Positions 27,126 to 32,000 of a stretch of 32,000 nt of DNA are shown one piece after another; position 1 is the stretch's first letter, and each line of letters starts with the position of its first letter. The stretch lies in the NCBI GenBank assembly GCA_964589775.1, contig CAZPUN010000021.1, positions 1 to 32,000 of the forward strand. The letters run 5' to 3'. Below the pieces are notes generated by a model. It was given only the letters and a program-made list of their open reading frames with translations. It was not told the DNA's origin and searched no databases. The position numbers were made by a program, and so were the translations under genes. This stretch comes from an uncultured archaeon (lineage in GTDB: Archaea > Asgardarchaeota > Thorarchaeia > Thorarchaeales > CAZPUN01).

Positions 27126-28112
27126 CTATTTTCTTTTTACATCTCTTATTTTTTCTATTATTTTATTATGTAGTTTCATCGGCATTTCGCTTGAGATTGA
27201 AGTCCCTTTATTTGCCTGGTATGACCAGAAAAAGATTTCATCTATATTTTTTGAAATGTAGTAGTCCAAGAGTTCTATCTCTTTTTTGTGTTCTTCAGCT
27301 GGTACATTGTATAATTGTAGCCAGATCATTATTTCTTTATTGTACGTCTGTTTCAATTTTATTAGTTCATCTGTTTTTTGTTTTGCCCATTGTATTGTTT
27401 TTCCAAATGCAAGAAAATATGGATCTAAGCTGATTACATCTATTGATTTTATATTCATAATATCTTCATAATTTGTAATTCCATATAGTGGATTTTCTAT
27501 AGGTAATAGGCAAACTGCCACTTTGACATTCTTACTGGTATCCTTTATGATTTTGCCCATATCTGCGACTAATGAAACAAGTGAATCGTTTCGAAATTTT
27601 ATCACGTCATCTGTCAATGATAAGGGCATTTCATAACCATATGTTTTTTTGAATTTATTTTTGCATACGTTACACGTGCATGTGTATTCTTCTGGAAACC
27701 ATGTGCTAAAATGTGGTTCATCTATGAATATACCATCAATGTTTATTTCATTTAACACTTTTTTGACCCAGCTAAATAGATACTCTCTAAATTCGGCTGT
27801 ATTTGGGCAAGCTGCTGGAATAGGCTCTTGTGATTTGGCTGTAACTTGTCTAAATTTATGGTTCTTATCTAAAAAGAACGATGGGGGTTCCCCTCCGAAG
27901 ACATGGCCAAACCCCCAAAAGTTCCACCACACTTCCATTCCTATTTCCTTTGCTATATCTACAATTTCCTTCATATTTTCAAACCAATAAATATGATCGA
28001 ATTCTGATGCCGCAATAAGAATTGTTTCTAAGCCCTCTGAATACATTCGTTCAAAGTCAAATTTTGCATGTTCCGGTAATTTTGCATGATGATAGGAAAA
28101 TCCAAATTTCAT
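27126..28112 (-). CDS. Glycoside-hydrolase-like TIM-barrel protein (GH42/GHL-like)
   Basis: ACPNT, IDGIFIDEPHF, CTCNVCKNKF Cys cluster, ISLDPY, FFWSY. Confidence 0.7.
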   Translation of the reverse strand: MKFGFSYHHAKLPEHAKFDFERMYSEGLETILIAASEFDHIYWFENMKEIVDIAKEIGMEVWWNFWGFGHVFGGEPPSFFLDKNHKFRQVTAKSQEPIPAACPNTAEFREYLFSWVKKVLNEINIDGIFIDEPHFSTWFPEEYTCTCNVCKNKFKKTYGYEMPLSLTDDVIKFRNDSLVSLVADMGKIIKDTSKNVKVAVCLLPIENPLYGITNYEDIMNIKSIDVISLDPYFLAFGKTIQWAKQKTDELIKLKQTYNKEIMIWLQLYNVPAEEHKKEIELLDYYISKNIDEIFFWSYQANKGTSISSEMPMKLHNKIIEKIRDVKRK

Positions 28113-28121
28113 AATTTTTCC

Positions 28122-29816
28122 TCACAGATAGTCTGTTGTTTCAAGTTCCGAAATTTTTCTTGCTGCTTTGGCTATGTACCTGTTGCTTATTTTTTTCGCT
28201 ATGATTAGGATAAATACTAACCCAATATATGCATAAACTATATCATAGAGTATTAATATTAATTCAGTACCCAAGAGTATCAATAAAATTGTAACACTCA
28301 CGAGAAATCTTAGAATTATTCCTTTGAATCCTATTGGTGGTTGGATATTTGCTCCTCTTTGTTTCAAAAATAATCTATCCGATTTAAAATTGCCATATAA
28401 ACTCGAATAATATGATGTGACCCCACCTTGAACTAATGTTATTATTATTGCCATAGCGATAATGATTGGTAATGTTGGTATTAACGAGAAATCTAGAATA
28501 ACACAAATTATTCCGATGATTATACCTACTATAATTGAAAATGGTATTGCACTGTATACCTTGCCTTTAATATATTTTCGTAAATCGACTCCTGATGATA
28601 ATATATTTAGAAAGTTCTTTCCTTCATAGACTAATTCGTATCCTGCAAATGAATTTGCGTATGAGGATGTGAAAATGTAAATTATCATAATAAGTAAGAA
28701 GATAACGAGACCACCGATTTCTTCACCCATGAATAATGGAAGCAGCATAAAAATTGTTAATCGTATTGGCATTAGTAAATAGGATACAAAAACGCTAGAT
28801 TCTCTCTTGATCATTGCAATATTATACCATGCAGAAACTGAAACAACTGGGTCCAGTTCTATCATGGGAAATAGATGAGGATTCCATTTAGTACGTTTGG
28901 TTTTCTTCTTTTCCTTTCGTTTTCCTATGGTAATCCATCCGCTGTAATGAGCCTTTTCACAAATTGCAGTATTTAGATAAATAAGATCTAATGGTAGTAC
29001 AAAAACGAGGAATATATCAAATATGATCTGAAGTATGTTATCTGGTCCTATGAAGGGGGAAAACAATAAATTAGACATAGCATAGCCAATTGTATATTTT
29101 GAAGATAAACCAAAAGTTGATGATAACTGAATGAGCGAATTTAATATCTCTGGCATGAATTGATTGCCTGTATCTGAATATATGAATACATAATAAAAAC
29201 TACCGATTAAAATTGCGATAGCTGTCGCAAGACCTGAGAGAATTTGTTTTAATAATCTTCTTCCTTGTAGGAACTTATATATTACAAGACCAAAAATACC
29301 TCCAATACTGGCACCTCCAATTACTACCAAAATGGTCATAATTGTGAAATAAATAGCAAATATGGGTGTTAATAACGGATAATATGTTGCAGCAAGAGCT
29401 GTATAAATCGGAAGTCCAATGAGAAAGTAGAGCATAGAACCATAAAATCCGTATAATAGGATTTTTTCAGCAAAAATTGTTTTTAATGATACTGGTTGTA
29501 CGAGTAAATATTCTATTTTTTCTACATTATGAACAGATGTAACAGATGTCATAATAAAACCAATAATTGACATTATAAATACAAAATTGAATAAAATCCC
29601 AATTAGGGGTATTACTTGTTTAATGTCTAAGGAGAGTTTTGCTAAAATAAAATATGAAAATCCTCCTACAATAAGCATAACAAATGCGAAAAATACTATA
29701 ACAAGTAGATTTTTTTTCGTTCCTTCAACTTTCTGGCGTTCTCCAGATATTTGTTTGACTCGAAAATATTGCTTGGAATCGTATCTTAACATTACGATAA
29801 GTTCTCGTAATCCCAC
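28122..29816 (-). CDS. ABC exporter permease (multi-pass, two ABC-2-like halves)
   Basis: Many TM segments, YLLVQPVS...EK and EGKNF..I.S.G....YIKGK motifs; directly downstream of an ABC ATPase. Confidence 0.85.
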   Translation of the reverse strand: MGLRELIVMLRYDSKQYFRVKQISGERQKVEGTKKNLLVIVFFAFVMLIVGGFSYFILAKLSLDIKQVIPLIGILFNFVFIMSIIGFIMTSVTSVHNVEKIEYLLVQPVSLKTIFAEKILLYGFYGSMLYFLIGLPIYTALAATYYPLLTPIFAIYFTIMTILVVIGGASIGGIFGLVIYKFLQGRRLLKQILSGLATAIAILIGSFYYVFIYSDTGNQFMPEILNSLIQLSSTFGLSSKYTIGYAMSNLLFSPFIGPDNILQIIFDIFLVFVLPLDLIYLNTAICEKAHYSGWITIGKRKEKKKTKRTKWNPHLFPMIELDPVVSVSAWYNIAMIKRESSVFVSYLLMPIRLTIFMLLPLFMGEEIGGLVIFLLIMIIYIFTSSYANSFAGYELVYEGKNFLNILSSGVDLRKYIKGKVYSAIPFSIIVGIIIGIICVILDFSLIPTLPIIIAMAIIITLVQGGVTSYYSSLYGNFKSDRLFLKQRGANIQPPIGFKGIILRFLVSVTILLILLGTELILILYDIVYAYIGLVFILIIAKKISNRYIAKAARKISELETTDYL

Positions 29817-29818
29817 AT

Positions 29819-30577
29819 TTATCCCTCTAAGAACTCTATGATTTTTTGAATGTCCGGTCCTCCAGTTAGCTCCAAAAATAGCTCTTCAAGGGATGCGTTT
29901 TCCCCTGTTGATTCTCGAAGTTCCTCCATCGTTCCGGATGCTATGATCTCACCCATTTTTATGATCGCTAATCTATTACAGATTTTCTCAGCAATTTCTA
30001 AAATATGTGTTGAAAGAATTATTATAGACCCTTGGTCGCGCATACCTTTCAAAATTGTTTTAATCGTGTTTGCGCCTTTCGGATCTATTCCAGTGAATAA
30101 TTCATCAACAACAAGAATTTTTGGCTTGTGAAGAATTGCTGCGATTATGGCTAATTTTTTACGCATACCCCTTGAGAAAGATTCTATCAAATCGTCTATG
30201 GCATCATTAAGGTCCAACAAGTCAAATAATTCATATAATCGCTTTTCTCGTTCTTCATCACGAGGGATCGCTCGTAGATCTGCAATATAATTTACGAATT
30301 CCCACGCCGTAAGACGTTCTGGTAAGATAGGATCATCCGGTACATAGCCCATAATGCGTTTCGCGCGTTCGCGTTCTTTAATAACATCAATTTCATTAGC
30401 GTAAATTTCACCCCATGTGGGTTTTAAAAGTCCTAGTATCATTCGCATTGTAGTACTTTTTCCGCTTCCATTAGGTCCAAGCAGTCCAAATATTTCGCCT
30501 TCCTTAGCTTCAAAAGATATTGAATTTACTGCTAAAAAATCTCCAAAATACTTTGTAAGCTTTATTACTCGCAGCAT
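29819..30577 (-). CDS. ABC-2-type exporter ATPase
   Basis: GPNGSGKS, FSRGM, VVDE, STH, SLEELFL. Confidence 0.95.
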   Translation of the reverse strand: MLRVIKLTKYFGDFLAVNSISFEAKEGEIFGLLGPNGSGKSTTMRMILGLLKPTWGEIYANEIDVIKERERAKRIMGYVPDDPILPERLTAWEFVNYIADLRAIPRDEEREKRLYELFDLLDLNDAIDDLIESFSRGMRKKLAIIAAILHKPKILVVDELFTGIDPKGANTIKTILKGMRDQGSIIILSTHILEIAEKICNRLAIIKMGEIIASGTMEELRESTGENASLEELFLELTGGPDIQKIIEFLEG

Positions 30578-30703
30578 TCCTCTTCAACTCAGTTTTATAT
30601 TTATATAATTTGTTTTTGAAAGTTTGGTTTTATTTATATATATCTACGTAATTGATTTTGACTTAAATAAATTATAAAATGAGCAATTGAGGCGATAAAT
30701 CCT

Positions 30704-31765
30704 TTGATCAATATATCTGTGCCCGGTAGAATCGCATTGTTTGGTGAACATTCTGACTATATTGGTCTAAGTGTCTTACCAATCGGAATTAGTTTGCGTA
30801 TTTATCTTCATGCCGAGTCACGTAATGATGATTTGATAAAAATAAATTGTATGGACATTGATGAACACGATTCTTTTTCATTAGGCAAAGCGATAAATTA
30901 TAGAAATTCTCGTGACTATATAAGAAGTGCATTTAATGTTATGCGAAGGCACGGTTATTCACTTGAACATGGGTACGATATTAAAATTCATGGAGATCTA
31001 CCTCAAGCTTCCGGGTTGTCTTCTTCAACAGCGCTAACAACTGCAATTGTGAAATTTATTGCTCATGTATGTGAAGTAGATATTTCACCCAAGCAGCTTG
31101 CAGAATTGGCATTTGAAGCCGAAGTTAAAGAATTTGGTGAGTCTGGAGGACTCATGGATCATTTTGCTGTAGCATATGGTAATGTTTTGCATGTTAGATT
31201 TAATCCTAAACTAGAAATCTCCGAGCTTCCCGGTAGATTTTCAGGATTAATTATTGGTGATTCTCTAGAACCAAAAGAAAATACTGTAAAAGCAATTGCT
31301 TATTTGAAATCTACAATTCTTCAAGGATATAATGCGCTCAGAAAATATTTTCCAGAATTCAAGCAATATTCTACGTCTATTGAGGATGTTATGCCGTATT
31401 TGAAATATTTGCCTAAAGATACCGCGCGACTTGTTCTTACAACATTGATGAATCGTGATTTAACTGAAAAAGCGAAGGAATTGTTATCTAAGAAGGATAT
31501 AGATTATCATAAGCTAGGAGAACTGATTTATATGCATCATAAGTATTTACGAGATGGGTTGAGGAGATCTACACCAAAAATAGAGCGTCTAATCGCAGCA
31601 TCTTTTAAAGCTGGGGCACTGGGTGCAAAACTGAACGGGTCCGGTGGCGGTGGTACTATGATGGCATTTGCACCCGGGCATGAATTAGAAGTTGCAAAAG
31701 CAATAGAAAAAGAGGGAGGCCGAGCATATATTGTCAAGATCGATTCTGGCGCTCGGATCGATTAA
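30704..31765 (+). CDS. GHMP kinase, galactokinase-like
   Basis: PGRIALFGEHSDY, PQASGLSSS, GLMD, GAKLNGSGGGG. Confidence 0.88.
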   Translation: MINISVPGRIALFGEHSDYIGLSVLPIGISLRIYLHAESRNDDLIKINCMDIDEHDSFSLGKAINYRNSRDYIRSAFNVMRRHGYSLEHGYDIKIHGDLPQASGLSSSTALTTAIVKFIAHVCEVDISPKQLAELAFEAEVKEFGESGGLMDHFAVAYGNVLHVRFNPKLEISELPGRFSGLIIGDSLEPKENTVKAIAYLKSTILQGYNALRKYFPEFKQYSTSIEDVMPYLKYLPKDTARLVLTTLMNRDLTEKAKELLSKKDIDYHKLGELIYMHHKYLRDGLRRSTPKIERLIAASFKAGALGAKLNGSGGGGTMMAFAPGHELEVAKAIEKEGGRAYIVKIDSGARID

Positions 31766-32000
31766 GAAAATGATGTAAGCGCGAGTGCTCTAATATACAT
31801 TTTGAATATTCTTCCAATTAGTTTGTATTGTTCTAAGGCTAATCCTATAATGGTGCCAATACTATGATGTCCCTGTATTATTTCGTTAATTGATCTTGCA
31901 TCTATGTTTCCTAGAACATCATCAACAATGTCATAAACATCATAGACGCGTGCAAATTCGAGTACAGCATCCATGCCTTTTCCTGTATTTTGAATACTGT
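31762..32000 (-). CDS. C-terminal fragment of an unknown protein (partial)
   Basis: The frame stays open beyond 31974 to the window end (..SIQNTGKGMDAVLEF...); its stop overlaps the GHMP kinase stop by 4 bp. Confidence 0.6.
   Translation of the reverse strand, partial: SIQNTGKGMDAVLEFARVYDVYDIVDDVLGNIDARSINEIIQGHHSIGTIIGLALEQYKLIGRIFKMYIRALALTSFS

Noticed and set aside
1-32000. tRNA, rRNA, transposase, integrase or provirus
   Set aside because: No GC-rich cloverleaf or rRNA-like stretch, and no mobile-element motifs or terminal repeats were seen by eye.

Overview
Gene-dense, AT-rich archaeal chromosomal segment with about 27 CDS. No rRNA, tRNA, CRISPR array or mobile element is visible. Archaeal markers (class I CCA-adding enzyme, RtcB, eS25, COG3357-type HTH/Zn-ribbon protein, GGTGA ribosome-binding sites) occur together with eukaryotic-signature proteins: two longin-like/small-GTPase fusions, an MglA-like GTPase with an Arf-like N-terminus, a TPR/SNAP-like + PCI protein and a clear ESCRT-II Vps22/EAP30 module. 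This points to an Asgard archaeon (inference; the lineage cannot be resolved by eye). The most interesting locus is the tightly packed operon at 19461-25989. It encodes an 805-aa coiled-coil/Ig/Vps22 fusion, an apparently inactive N-formylglutamate-amidohydrolase-like protein and a 1139-aa GCS2-type carboxylate-amine ligase fused to a chain of Ig-like domains. A divergently transcribed multi-zinc-finger/Ig gene and a HExxH peptidase lie next to it. Together these are a candidate ESCRT-linked amide-ligation (protein-tagging) system. All family assignments come from motif recognition by eye; no database search was run.
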